From the human T2T-CHM13v2.0 reference genome, Homo sapiens, in assembly GCF_009914755.1 (NCBI RefSeq), contig NC_060941.1: a stretch of 64,000 nucleotides of DNA, one strand, 5' to 3'. This document shows, piece after piece, positions 26,601 through 40,200 of this stretch. Below the pieces are notes generated by a model. That model had not been told where the DNA came from. It worked only from the letters and a program-made list of their open reading frames with translations, and ran no database searches. Numbering within the stretch: the first letter of the stretch is position 1; each line of letters opens with the position of its first letter. The position numbers were made by a program, and so were the translations under genes.

Positions 26601-28272
26601 AGAAAAACTAGACAGAAGCATTCTCAGAAAATACTTTGTGATGATTGAGTTTAACTCACAGAGCTGAACATTCCTTTGGATGGAGCAGGTTTGAGACACA
26701 CCTTTTGTAGAATCTACAAGTGGATATTTGGACCTCTCTGAGGATTTCGTTGGAAACGGGATAACTGCACCTAACTAAACGGAAGCATTCTCAGAAACTT
26801 CTTGGTGATGTTTGCATTCAAATCCCAGAGTTGAACCTTCCTTTGATAGTTCAGGTTTGAAACACTCTTTTTGTAGGATCTGCAAGTGGATATTTGGACC
26901 ACTCTGTGGCCTTCGTTCGAAACGGGTATATCTTCGCATAAAATCTAGACAGAAGCCTTCTCAGAAACTTCTCTGTGATGATTGCATTCAACTCACAGAG
27001 TTGAACCCTCCTATGGATAGAGCAGTGTTGAAACTCTCTTTTTGTGGAATCTGCAAGTGGATATGTGGACCTCTCCGAAGATGTCTTTGGAAACGGGAAT
27101 ATCTTCACATAAAAACTAAACAGAAGCATTCTCAGAAACTTCTCTGTGATGTTTGTGTTCAACTCCCAGAGTTTCACATTGCTTTTCATAGAGTAGTTCT
27201 GAAACATGCTTTTCGTAGTGTCTACAAGTGGACATTTGGAGCGCTTTCAGGCCTGTGGTGGAAAACGAATTATGGTCACATAAAAACTGGAGAGAAGCAT
27301 TGTCAGAAACTTCTTTGTGATGATTGCATTCAACTCACAGAGTTGAAGGTTCCTTTTCAAAGAGCAGTTTCCAATCACTCTTTGTGTGGAATCTGCAAGT
27401 GGATATTCGGACCTATTTTGAAGATTTCGTTGGAAACGGGAGAATCTTCACAGGAAAGCTAAACAGAAGCATTCTCAGAAACTTCTTTGTGATGCTTGCA
27501 TTCAACTCACAGAGTTGAACTTTCCTTTCGAGAGAGAAGCTTTGAAACACTCTTTTTCCAGAATCTGCAAGTGGACATTTGGAGGGCTTTGAGGCCTGTG
27601 GTGGAAAAGGAATTATCTTCCCGTAAAAGCTAGATAGAAGCATTCTCAGAAACTACTTTGTGATGATTGCATTCAAGTCACAGAGTTGAACATTCCCTTT
27701 GACAGAGCAGTTTGGAAACTCTCTTTGTGTAGAATCTGCAAGTGGAGATATGGACCGCTTTGAGGCCTATGGTAGTAAAGGAAATAGCTTCATATAAAAG
27801 CTAGACAGTAGCATTCACAGAAAACTCTTGGTGACGACTGAGTTTAACTCACAGAGCTGAACATTCCTTTGGATGGAGCAGTTTCGAAACACACTATTTG
27901 TAGAATGTGCAAGTGGATATTTAGGCCTCTCTGAGGATTTCGTTGGAAACGGGATAAACCGCACAGAACTAAACAGAAGCATTCTCAGAACCTTCTTCGT
28001 GATGTTTGCATTCAACTCACAGTGTTGAACCTTTCTTTGATAGTTCAGGTTTGAAACGGTCTTGCTGTAGAAACTGCAAGTAGATATTTGGACCTCTCTG
28101 AGGATTTCGTTGGAAACGGGATAACCCGCACAGAACTAAAACAGAAGCATTCTCAGAACCCTCTTCGTGATGTTTGCATTCAACTCACAGTGCTGAACCT
28201 TTCTTTGATAGTTCAGCTTTGAAACACTCTTTTTGTAGAAACTGCAAGTGGATATTTGGTCCTCTCTGAGCA

Positions 28273-28289
28273 TTTCATTGGAAACGGGA
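28273..28289 (+). promoter_or_regulatory. CENP-B box inactivated by a private G>A at 28277 (U11)
   Basis: TTTCATTGGAAACGGGA versus TTTCGTTGG... in other copies. It also appears in the ORF track as PFPMKC instead of PFPTKC (28213..28428). Confidence 0.9.
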
Positions 28290-31200
28290 TAAACTGCACA
28301 GAACTAAACAGAAGCATTCTCAGAACCTTCTTCGTGATGTCTGCATTCAACTCACAGTGTGGAACCTTTCTTTGATAGTTCAGGTTTGAAACACTCTTTT
28401 TGTAGAAACTGCAAGGGGATAATTGCACTCTTTGAGGAGTACCGTAGTAAAGGAAATAACTTCCTATAAAAAGAAGACAGAAGCTTTCTCAGAAAATTCT
28501 TTGGGATGATTGAGTTGAACTCACAGAGCTGAGCATTCCTTGCGATGTAGCAGTTTAGAAACACACTTTCTGCAGAATCTGCAAGTGCATATTTGGACCT
28601 CTGTGAGGAATTCGTTGGAAACGGGATAATTTCAGCTGACTAAACAGAAGCAGTCTCAGAATCTTCTTTGTGATGTTTGCATTCAAATCCCCGAGTTGAA
28701 CTTTCCTTTCAAAGTTCACGTTTGAAACACTCTTTTTGCAGGATCTACAAGTGGATATTTGGACCACTCTGTGTCCTTCGTTCGAAACGGGTATATCTTC
28801 ACATGACATCCAGACAGAAGCATCCTCAGAAGCTTCTCTGTGATGACTGCATTCAACTCACGGAGTTGAACACTCCTTTTGAGAGCGCAGTTTTGAAACT
28901 CTCTTTCTGTGGCATCTGCAAGGGGACATGTAGACCTCTTTGAAGATTTCGTTGGAAACGGAATCATCTTCACATAAAAACTATACAGATGCATTCTCAG
29001 GAACTTTTTGGTGATGTTTGTATTCAACTCCCAGAGTTGAACTTTCCTTTGGAAAGAGCAGCTATGAAACACTCTTTTTCTAGAATCTGCAAGTGGACGT
29101 TTGGAGGGCTTTGTGGTTTGTGGTGGAAAAGGAAATATCTTCACCTAAATACTAGATAGAAGCATTCTCAGAAACTGCTTTGTGATGATTGCATTCACCT
29201 CACAGAGTTGAACATTCCTATTGATAGAGCAGTTTGGAAACACTCTTGTTGTGGAATGTGCAAGTGGAGATTTGGAGCGCTTTGAGGCCTATGGTAGTAA
29301 AGGGAATAGCTTCATAGAAAAACTAGACAGAAGCATTCTCAGAAAATACTTTGTGATGATTGAGTTTAACTCACAGAGCTGAACATTCCTTTGGATGGAG
29401 CAGGTTTGAGACACACCTTTTGTAGAATCTACAAGTGGATATTTGGACCTCTCTGAGGATTTCGTTGGAAACGGGATAACTGCACCTAACTAAACGGAAG
29501 CATTCTCAGAAACTTCTTGGTGATGTTTGCATTCAAATCCCAGAGTTGAACCTTCCTTTGATAGTTCAGGTTTGAAACACTCTTTTTGTAGGATCTGCAA
29601 GTGGATATTTGGACCACTCTGTGGCCTTCGTTCGAAACGGGTATATCTTCGCATAAAATCTAGACAGAAGCCTTCTCAGAAACTTCTCTGTGATGATTGC
29701 ATTCAACTCACAGAGTTGAACCCTCCTATGGATAGAGCAGTGTTGAAACTCTCTTTTTGTGGAATCTGCAAGTGGATATGTGGACCTCTCCGAAGATGTC
29801 TTTGGAAACGGGAATATCTTCACATAAAAACTAAACAGAAGCATTCTCAGAAACTTCTCTGTGATGTTTGTGTTCAACTCCCAGAGTTTCACATTGCTTT
29901 TCATAGAGTAGTTCTGAAACATGCTTTTCGTAGTGTCTACAAGTGGACATTTGGAGCGCTTTCAGGCCTGTGGTGGAAAACGAATTATGGTCACATAAAA
30001 ACTGGAGAGAAGCATTGTCAGAAACTTCTTTGTGATGATTGCATTCAACTCACAGAGTTGAAGGTTCCTTTTCAAAGAGCAGTTTCCAATCACTCTTTCT
30101 GTGGAGTCTGCAAGTGGATATTTGGACCTATTTTGAAGATTTCGTTGGAAACGGGAGAATCTTCACAGGAAAGCTAAACAGAAGCATTCTCAGAAACTTC
30201 TTTGTGATGCTTGCATTCAACTCACAGAGTTGAACTTTCCTTTCGAGAGAGAAGCTTTGAAACACTCTTTTTCCAGAATCTGCAAGTGGACATTTGGAGG
30301 GCTTTGAGGCCTGTGGTGGAAAAGGAATTATCTTCCCGTAAAAGCTAGATAGAAGCATTCTCAGAAACTACTTTGTGATGATTGCATTCAAGTCACAGAG
30401 TTGAACATTCCCTTTGACAGAGCAGTTTGGAAACTCTCTTTGTGTAGAATCTGCAAGTGGAGATATGGACCGCTTTGAGGCCTATGGTAGTAAAGGAAAT
30501 AGCTTCATATAAAAGCTAGACAGTAGCATTCACAGAAAACTCTTGGTGACGACTGAGTTTAACTCACAGAGCTGAACATTCCTTTGGATGGAGCAGTTTC
30601 GAAACACACTATTTGTAGAATGTGCAAGTGGATATTTGGGCCTCTCTGAGGATTTCGTTGGAAACGGGATAAACCGCACAGAACTAAACAGAAGCATTCT
30701 CAGAACCTTCTTCGTGATGTTTGCATTCAACTCACAGTGTTGAACCTTTCTTTGATAGTTCAGGTTTGAAACGGTCTTTCTGTAGAAACTGCAAGTAGAT
30801 ATTTGGACCTCTCTGAGGATTTCGTTGGAAACGGGATAACCCGCACAGAACTAAAACAGAAGCATTCTCAGAACCCTCTTCGTGATGTTTGCATTCAACT
30901 CACAGTGCTGAACCTTTCTTTGATAGTTCAGCTTTGAAACACTCTTTTTGTAGAAACTGCAAGTGGATATTTGGTCCTCTCTGAGGATTTCGTTGGAAAC
31001 GGGATAAACTGCACAGAACTAAACAGAAGCATTCTCAGAACCTTCTTCGTGATGTCTGCATTCAACTCACAGTGTGGAACCTTTCTTTGATAGTTCAGGT
31101 TTGAAACACTCTTTTTGTAGAAACTGCAAGGGGATAATTGCACTCTTTGAGGAGTACCGTAGTAAAGGAAATAACTTCCTATAAAAAGAAGACAGAAGCT

Positions 31201-34200
31201 TTCTCAGAAAATTCTTTGGGATGATTGAGTTGAACTCACAGAGCTGAGCATTCCTTGCGATGTAGCAGTTTAGAAACACACTTTCTGCAGAATCTGCAAG
31301 TGCATATTTGGACCTCTGTGAGGAATTCGTTGGAAACGGGATAATTTCAGCTGACTAAACAGAAGCAGTCTCAGAATCTTCTTTGTGATGTTTGCATTCA
31401 AATCCCCGAGTTGAACTTTCCTTTCAAAGTTCACGTTTGAAACACTCTTTTTGCAGGATCTACAAGTGGATATTTGGACCACTCTGTGTCCTTCGTTCGA
31501 AACGGGTATATCTTCACATGACATCCAGACAGAAGCATCCTCAGAAGCTTCTCTGTGATGACTGCATTCAACTCACGGAGTTGAACACTCCTTTTGAGAG
31601 CGCAGTTTTGAAACTCTCTTTCTGTGGCATCTGCAAGGGGACATGTAGACCTCTTTGAAGATTTCGTTGGAAACGGAATCATCTTCACATAAAAACTATA
31701 CAGATGCATTCTCAGGAACTTTTTGGTGATGTTTGTATTCAACTCCCAGAGTTGAACTTTCCTTTGGAAAGAGCAGCTATGAAACACTCTTTTTCTAGAA
31801 TCTGCAAGTGGACGTTTGGAGGGCTTTGTGGTTTGTGGTGGAAAAGGAAATATCTTCACCTAAATACTAGATAGAAGCATTCTCAGAAACTGCTTTGTGA
31901 TGATTGCATTCACCTCACAGAGTTGAACATTCCTATTGATAGAGCAGTTTGGAAACACTCTTGTTGTGGAATGTGCAAGTGGAGATTTGGAGCGCTTTGA
32001 GGCCTATGGTAGTAAAGGGAATAGCTTCATAGAAAAACTAGACAGAAGCATTCTCAGAAAATACTTTGTGATGATTGAGTTTAACTCACAGAGCTGAACA
32101 TTCCTTTGGATGGAGCAGGTTTGAGACACACCTTTTGTAGAATCTACAAGTGGATATTTGGACCTCTCTGAGGATTTCGTTGGAAACGGGATAACTGCAC
32201 CTAACTAAACGGAAGCATTCTCAGAAACTTCTTGGTGATGTTTGCATTCAAATCCCAGAGTTGAACCTTCCTTTGATAGTTCAGGTTTGAAACACTCTTT
32301 TTGTAGGATCTGCAAGTGGATATTTGGACCACTCTGTGGCCTTCGTTCGAAACGGGTATATCTTCGCATAAAATCTAGACAGAAGCCTTCTCAGAAACTT
32401 CTCTGTGATGATTGCATTCAACTCACAGAGTTGAACCCTCCTATGGATAGAGCAGTGTTGAAACTCTCTTTTTGTGGAATCTGCAAGTGGATATGTGGAC
32501 CTCTCCGAAGATGTCTTTGGAAACGGGAATATCTTCACATAAAAACTAAACAGAAGCATTCTCAGAAACTTCTCTGTGATGTTTGTGTTCAACTCCCAGA
32601 GTTTCACATTGCTTTTCATAGAGTAGTTCTGAAACATGCTTTTCGTAGTGTCTACAAGTGGACATTTGGAGCGCTTTCAGGCCTGTGGTGGAAAACGAAT
32701 TATGGTCACATAAAAACTGGAGAGAAGCATTGTCAGAAACTTCTTTGTGATGATTGCATTCAACTCACAGAGTTGAAGGTTCCTTTTCAAAGAGCAGTTT
32801 CCAATCACTCTTTCTGTGGAGTCTGCAAGTGGATATTTGGACCTATTTTGAAGATTTCGTTGGAAACGGGAGAATCTTCACAGGAAAGCTAAACAGAAGC
32901 ATTCTCAGAAACTTCTTTGTGATGCTTGCATTCAACTCACAGAGTTGAACTTTCCTTTCGAGAGAGAAGCTTTGAAACACTCTTTTTCCAGAATCTGCAA
33001 GTGGACATTTGGAGGGCTTTGAGGCCTGTGGTGGAAAAGGAATTATCTTCCCGTAAAAGCTAGATAGAAGCATTCTCAGAAACTACTTTGTGATGATTGC
33101 ATTCAAGTCACAGAGTTGAACATTCCCTTTGACAGAGCAGTTTGGAAACTCTCTTTGTGTAGAATCTGCAAGTGGAGATATGGACCGCTTTGAGGCCTAT
33201 GGTAGTAAAGGAAATAGCTTCATATAAAAGCTAGACAGTAGCATTCACAGAAAACTCTTGGTGACGACTGAGTTTAACTCACAGAGCTGAACATTCCTTT
33301 GGATGGAGCAGTTTCGAAACACACTATTTGTAGAATGTGCAAGTGGATATTTAGGCCTCTCTGAGGATTTCGTTGGAAACGGGATAAACCGCACAGAACT
33401 AAACAGAAGCATTCTCAGAACCTTCTTCGTGATGTTTGCATTCAACTCACAGTGTTGAACCTTTCTTTGATAGTTCAGGTTTGAAACGGTCTTGCTGTAG
33501 AAACTGCAAGTAGATATTTGGACCTCTCTGAGGATTTCGTTGGAAACGGGATAACCCGCACAGAACTAAAACAGAAGCATTCTCAGAACCCTCTTCGTGA
33601 TGTTTGCATTCAACTCACAGTGCTGAACCTTTCTTTGATAGTTCAGCTTTGAAACACTCTTTTTGTAGAAACTGCAAGTGGATATTTGGTCCTCTCTGAG
33701 GATTTCGTTGGAAACGGGATAAACTGCACAGAACTAAACAGAAGCATTCTCAGAACCTTCTTCGTGATGTCTGCATTCAACTCACAGTGTGGAACCTTTC
33801 TTTGATAGTTCAGGTTTGAAACACTCTTTTTGTAGAAACTGCAAGGGGATAATTGCACTCTTTGAGGAGTACCGTAGTAAAGGAAATAACTTCCTATAAA
33901 AAGAAGACAGAAGCTTTCTCAGAAAATTCTTTGGGATGATTGAGTTGAACTCACAGAGCTGAGCATTCCTTGCGATGTAGCAGTTTAGAAACACACTTTC
34001 TGCAGAATCTGCAAGTGCATATTTGGACCTCTGTGAGGAATTCGTTGGAAACGGGATAATTTCAGCTGACTAAACAGAAGCAGTCTCAGAATCTTCTTTG
34101 TGATGTTTGCATTCAAATCCCCGAGTTGAACTTTCCTTTCAAAGTTCACGTTTGAAACACTCTTTTTGCAGGATCTACAAGTGGATATTTGGACCACTCT

Positions 34201-37200
34201 GTGTCCTTCGTTCGAAACGGGTATATCTTCACATGACATCCAGACAGAAGCATCCTCAGAAGCTTCTCTGTGATGACTGCATTCAACTCACGGAGTTGAA
34301 CACTCCTTTTGAGAGCGCAGTTTTGAAACTCTCTTTCTGTGGCATCTGCAAGGGGACATGTAGACCTCTTTGAAGATTTCGTTGGAAACGGAATCATCTT
34401 CACATAAAAACTATACAGATGCATTCTCAGGAACTTTTTGGTGATGTTTGTATTCAACTCCCAGAGTTGAACTTTCCTTTGGAAAGAGCAGCTATGAAAC
34501 ACTCTTTTTCTAGAATCTGCAAGTGGACGTTTGGAGGGCTTTGTGGTTTGTGGTGGAAAAGGAAATATCTTCACCTAAATACTAGATAGAAGCATTCTCA
34601 GAAACTGCTTTGTGATGATTGCATTCACCTCACAGAGTTGAACATTCCTATTGATAGAGCAGTTTGGAAACACTCTTGTTGTGGAATGTGCAAGTGGAGA
34701 TTTGGAGCGCTTTGAGGCCTATGGTAGTAAAGGGAATAGCTTCATAGAAAAACTAGACAGAAGCATTCTCAGAAAATACTTTGTGATGATTGAGTTTAAC
34801 TCACAGAGCTGAACATTCCTTTGGATGGAGCAGGTTTGAGACACACCTTTTGTAGAATCTACAAGTGGATATTTGGACCTCTCTGAGGATTTCGTTGGAA
34901 ACGGGATAACTGCACCTAACTAAACGGAAGCATTCTCAGAAACTTCTTGGTGATGTTTGCATTCAAATCCCAGAGTTGAACCTTCCTTTGATAGTTCAGG
35001 TTTGAAACACTCTTTTTGTAGGATCTGCAAGTGGATATTTGGACCACTCTGTGGCCTTCGTTCGAAACGGGTATATCTTCGCATAAAATCTAGACAGAAG
35101 CCTTCTCAGAAACTTCTCTGTGATGATTGCATTCAACTCACAGAGTTGAACCCTCCTATGGATAGAGCAGTGTTGAAACTCTCTTTTTGTGGAATCTGCA
35201 AGTGGATATGTGGACCTCTCCGAAGATGTCTTTGGAAACGGGAATATCTTCACATAAAAACTAAACAGAAGCATTCTCAGAAACTTCTCTGTGATGTTTG
35301 TGTTCAACTCCCAGAGTTTCACATTGCTTTTCATAGAGTAGTTCTGAAACATGCTTTTCGTAGTGTCTACAAGTGGACATTTGGAGCGCTTTCAGGCCTG
35401 TGGTGGAAAACGAATTATGGTCACATAAAAACTGGAGAGAAGCATTGTCAGAAACTTCTTTGTGATGATTGCATTCAACTCACAGAGTTGAAGGTTCCTT
35501 TTCAAAGAGCAGTTTCCAATCACTCTTTGTGTGGAATCTGCAAGTGGATATTCGGACCTAATTTGAAGATTTCGTTGGAAACGGGAGAATCTTCACAGGA
35601 AAGCTAAACAGAAGCATTCTCAGAAACTTCTTTGTGATGCTTGCATTCAACTCACAGAGTTGAACTTTCCTTTCGAGAGAGAAGCTTTGAAACACTCTTT
35701 TTCCAGAATCTGCAAGTGGACATTTGGAGGGCTTTGAGGCCTGTGGTGGAAAAGGAATTATCTTCCCGTAAAAGCTAGATAGAAGCATTCTCAGAAACTA
35801 CTTTGTGATGATTGCATTCAAGTCACAGAGTTGAACATTCCCTTTGACAGAGCAGTTTGGAAACTCTCTTTGTGTAGAATCTGCAAGTGGAGATATGGAC
35901 CGCTTTGAGGCCTATGGTAGTAAAGGAAATAGCTTCATATAAAAGCTAGACAGTAGCATTCACAGAAAACTCTTGGTGACGACTGAGTTTAACTCACAGA
36001 GCTGAACATTCCTTTGGATGGAGCAGTTTCGAAACACACTATTTGTAGAATGTGCAAGTGGATATTTAGGCCTCTCTGAGGATTTCGTTGGAAACGGGAT
36101 AAACCGCACAGAACTAAACAGAAGCATTCTCAGAACCTTCTTCGTGATGTTTGCATTCAACTCACAGTGTTGAACCTTTCTTTGATAGTTCAGGTTTGAA
36201 ACGGTCTTTCTGTAGAAACTGCAAGTAGATATTTGGACCTCTCTGAGGATTTCGTTGGAAACGGGATAACCCGCACAGAACTAAAACAGAAGCATTCTCA
36301 GAACCCTCTTCGTGATGTTTGCATTCAACTCACAGTGCTGAACCTTTCTTTGATAGTTCAGCTTTGAAACACTCTTTTTGTAGAAACTGCAAGTGGATAT
36401 TTGGTCCTCTCTGAGCATTTCGTTGGAAACGGGATAAACTGCACAGAACTAAACAGAAGCATTCTCAGAACCTTCTTCGTGATGTCTGCATTCAACTCAC
36501 AGTGTGGAACCTTTCTTTGATAGTTCAGGTTTGAAACACTCTTTTTGTAGAAACTGCAAGGGGATAATTGCACTCTTTGAGGAGTACCGTAGTAAAGGAA
36601 ATAACTTCCTATAAAAAGAAGACAGAAGCTTTCTCAGAAAATTCTTTGGGATGATTGAGTTGAACTCACAGAGCTGAGCATTCCTTGCGATGTAGCAGTT
36701 TAGAAACACACTTTCTGCAGAATCTGCAAGTGCATATTTGGACCTCTGTGAGGAATTCGTTGGAAACGGGATAATTTCAGCTGACTAAACAGAAGCAGTC
36801 TCAGAATCTTCTTTGTGATGTTTGCATTCAAATCCCCGAGTTGAACTTTCCTTTCAAAGTTCACGTTTGAAACACTCTTTTTGCAGGATCTACAAGTGGA
36901 TATTTGGACCACTCTGTGTCCTTCGTTCGAAACGGGTATATCTTCACATGACATCCAGACAGAAGCATCCTCAGAAGCTTCTCTGTGATGACTGCATTCA
37001 ACTCACGGAGTTGAACACTCCTTTTGAGAGCGCAGTTTTGAAACTCTCTTTCTGTGGCATCTGCAAGGGGACATGTAGACCTCTTTGAAGATTTCGTTGG
37101 AAACGGAATCATCTTCACATAAAAACTATACAGATGCATTCTCAGGAACTTTTTGGTGATGTTTGTATTCAACTCCCAGAGTTGAACTTTCCTTTGGAAA

Positions 37201-40200
37201 GAGCAGCTATGAAACACTCTTTTTCTAGAATCTGCAAGTGGACGTTTGGAGGGCTTTGTGGTTTGTGGTGGAAAAGGAAATATCTTCACCTAAATACTAG
37301 ATAGAAGCATTCTCAGAAACTGCTTTGTGATGATTGCATTCACCTCACAGAGTTGAACATTCCTATTGATAGAGCAGTTTGGAAACACTCTTGTTGTGGA
37401 ATGTGCAAGTGGAGATTTGGAGCGCTTTGAGGCCTATGGTAGTAAAGGGAATAGCTTCATAGAAAAACTAGACAGAAGCATTCTCAGAAAATACTTTGTG
37501 ATGATTGAGTTTAACTCACAGAGCTGAACATTCCTTTGGATGGAGCAGGTTTGAGACACACCTTTTGTAGAATCTACAAGTGGATATTTGGACCTCTCTG
37601 AGGATTTCGTTGGAAACGGGATAACTGCACCTAACTAAACGGAAGCATTCTCAGAAACTTCTTGGTGATGTTTGCATTCAAATCCCAGAGTTGAACCTTC
37701 CTTTGATAGTTCAGGTTTGAAACACTCTTTTTGTAGGATCTGCAAGTGGATATTTGGACCACTCTGTGGCCTTCGTTCGAAACGGGTATATCTTCGCATA
37801 AAATCTAGACAGAAGCCTTCTCAGAAACTTCTCTGTGATGATTGCATTCAACTCACAGAGTTGAACCCTCCTATGGATAGAGCAGTGTTGAAACTCTCTT
37901 TTTGTGGAATCTGCAAGTGGATTTGTGGACCTCTCCGAAGATGTCTTTGGAAACGGGAATATCTTCACATAAAAACTAAACAGAAGCATTCTCAGAAACT
38001 TCTCTGTGATGTTTGTGTTCAACTCCCAGAGTTTCACATTGCTTTTCATAGAGTAGTTCTGAAACATGCTTTTCGTAGTGTCTACAAGTGGACATTTGGA
38101 GCGCTTTCAGGCCTGTGGTGGAAAACGAATTATGGTCACATAAAAACTGGAGAGAAGCATTGTCAGAAACTTCTTTGTGATGATTGCATTCAACTCACAG
38201 AGTTGAAGGTTCCTTTTCAAAGAGCAGTTTCCAATCACTCTTTCTGTGGAGTCTGCAAGTGGATATTTGGACCTATTTTGAAGATTTCGTTGGAAACGGG
38301 AGAATCTTCACAGGAAAGCTAAACAGAAGCATTCTCAGAAACTTCTTTGTGATGCTTGCATTCAACTCACAGAGTTGAACTTTCCTTTCGAGAGAGAAGC
38401 TTTGAAACACTCTTTTTCCAGAATCTGCAAGTGGACATTTGGAGGGCTTTGAGGCCTGTGGTGGAAAAGGAATTATCTTCCCGTAAAAGCTAGATAGAAG
38501 CATTCTCAGAAACTACTTTGTGATGATTGCATTCAAGTCACAGAGTTGAACATTCCCTTTGACAGAGCAGTTTGGAAACTCTCTTTGTGTAGAATCTGCA
38601 AGTGGAGATATGGACCGCTTTGAGGCCTATGGTAGTAAAGGAAATAGCTTCATATAAAAGCTAGACAGTAGCATTCACAGAAAACTCTTGGTGACGACTG
38701 AGTTTAACTCACAGAGCTGAACATTCCTTTGGATGGAGCAGTTTCGAAACACACTATTTGTAGAATGTGCAAGTGGATATTTGGGCCTCTCTGAGGATTT
38801 CGTTGGAAACGGGATAAACCGCACAGAACTAAACAGAAGCATTCTCAGAACCTTCTTCGTGATGTTTGCATTCAACTCACAGTGTTGAACCTTTCTTTGA
38901 TAGTTCAGGTTTGAAACGGTCTTTCTGTAGAAACTGCAAGTAGATATTTGGACCTCTCTGAGGATTTCGTTGGAAACGGGATAACCCGCACAGAACTAAA
39001 ACAGAAGCATTCTCAGAACCCTCTTCGTGATGTTTGCATTCAACTCACAGTGCTGAACCTTTCTTTGATAGTTCAGCTTTGAAACACTCTTTTTGTAGAA
39101 ACTGCAAGTGGATATTTGGTCCTCTCTGAGCATTTCGTTGGAAACGGGATAAACTGCACAGAACTAAACAGAAGCATTCTCAGAACCTTCTTCGTGATGT
39201 CTGCATTCAACTCACAGTGTGGAACCTTTCTTTGATAGTTCAGGTTTGAAACACTCTTTTTGTAGAAACTGCAAGGGGATAATTGCACTCTTTGAGGAGT
39301 ACCGTAGTAAAGGAAATAACTTCCTATAAAAAGAAGACAGAAGCTTTCTCAGAAAATTCTTTGGGATGATTGAGTTGAACTCACAGAGCTGAGCATTCCT
39401 TGCGATGTAGCAGTTTAGAAACACACTTTCTGCAGAATCTGCAAGTGCATATTTGGACCTCTGTGAGGAATTCGTTGGAAACGGGATAATTTCAGCTGAC
39501 TAAACAGAAGCAGTCTCAGAATCTTCTTTGTGATGTTTGCATTCAAATCCCCGAGTTGAACTTTCCTTTCAAAGTTCACGTTTGAAACACTCTTTTTGCA
39601 GGATCTACAAGTGGATATTTGGACCACTCTGTGTCCTTCGTTCGAAACGGGTATATCTTCACATGACATCCAGACAGAAGCATCCTCAGAAGCTTCTCTG
39701 TGATGACTGCATTCAACTCACGGAGTTGAACACTCCTTTTGAGAGCGCAGTTTTGAAACTCTCTTTCTGTGGCATCTGCAAGGGGACATGTAGACCTCTT
39801 TGAAGATTTCGTTGGAAACGGAATCATCTTCACATAAAAACTATACAGATGCATTCTCAGGAACTTTTTGGTGATGTTTGTATTCAACTCCCAGAGTTGA
39901 ACTTTCCTTTGGAAAGAGCAGCTATGAAACACTCTTTTTCTAGAATCTGCAAGTGGACGTTTGGAGGGCTTTGTGGTTTGTGGTGGAAAAGGAAATATCT
40001 TCACCTAAATACTAGATAGAAGCATTCTCAGAAACTGCTTTGTGATGATTGCATTCACCTCACAGAGTTGAACATTCCTATTGATAGAGCAGTTTGGAAA
40101 CACTCTTGTTGTGGAATGTGCAAGTGGAGATTTGGAGCGCTTTGAGGCCTATGGTAGTAAAGGGAATAGCTTCATAGAAAAACTAGACAGAAGCATTCTC

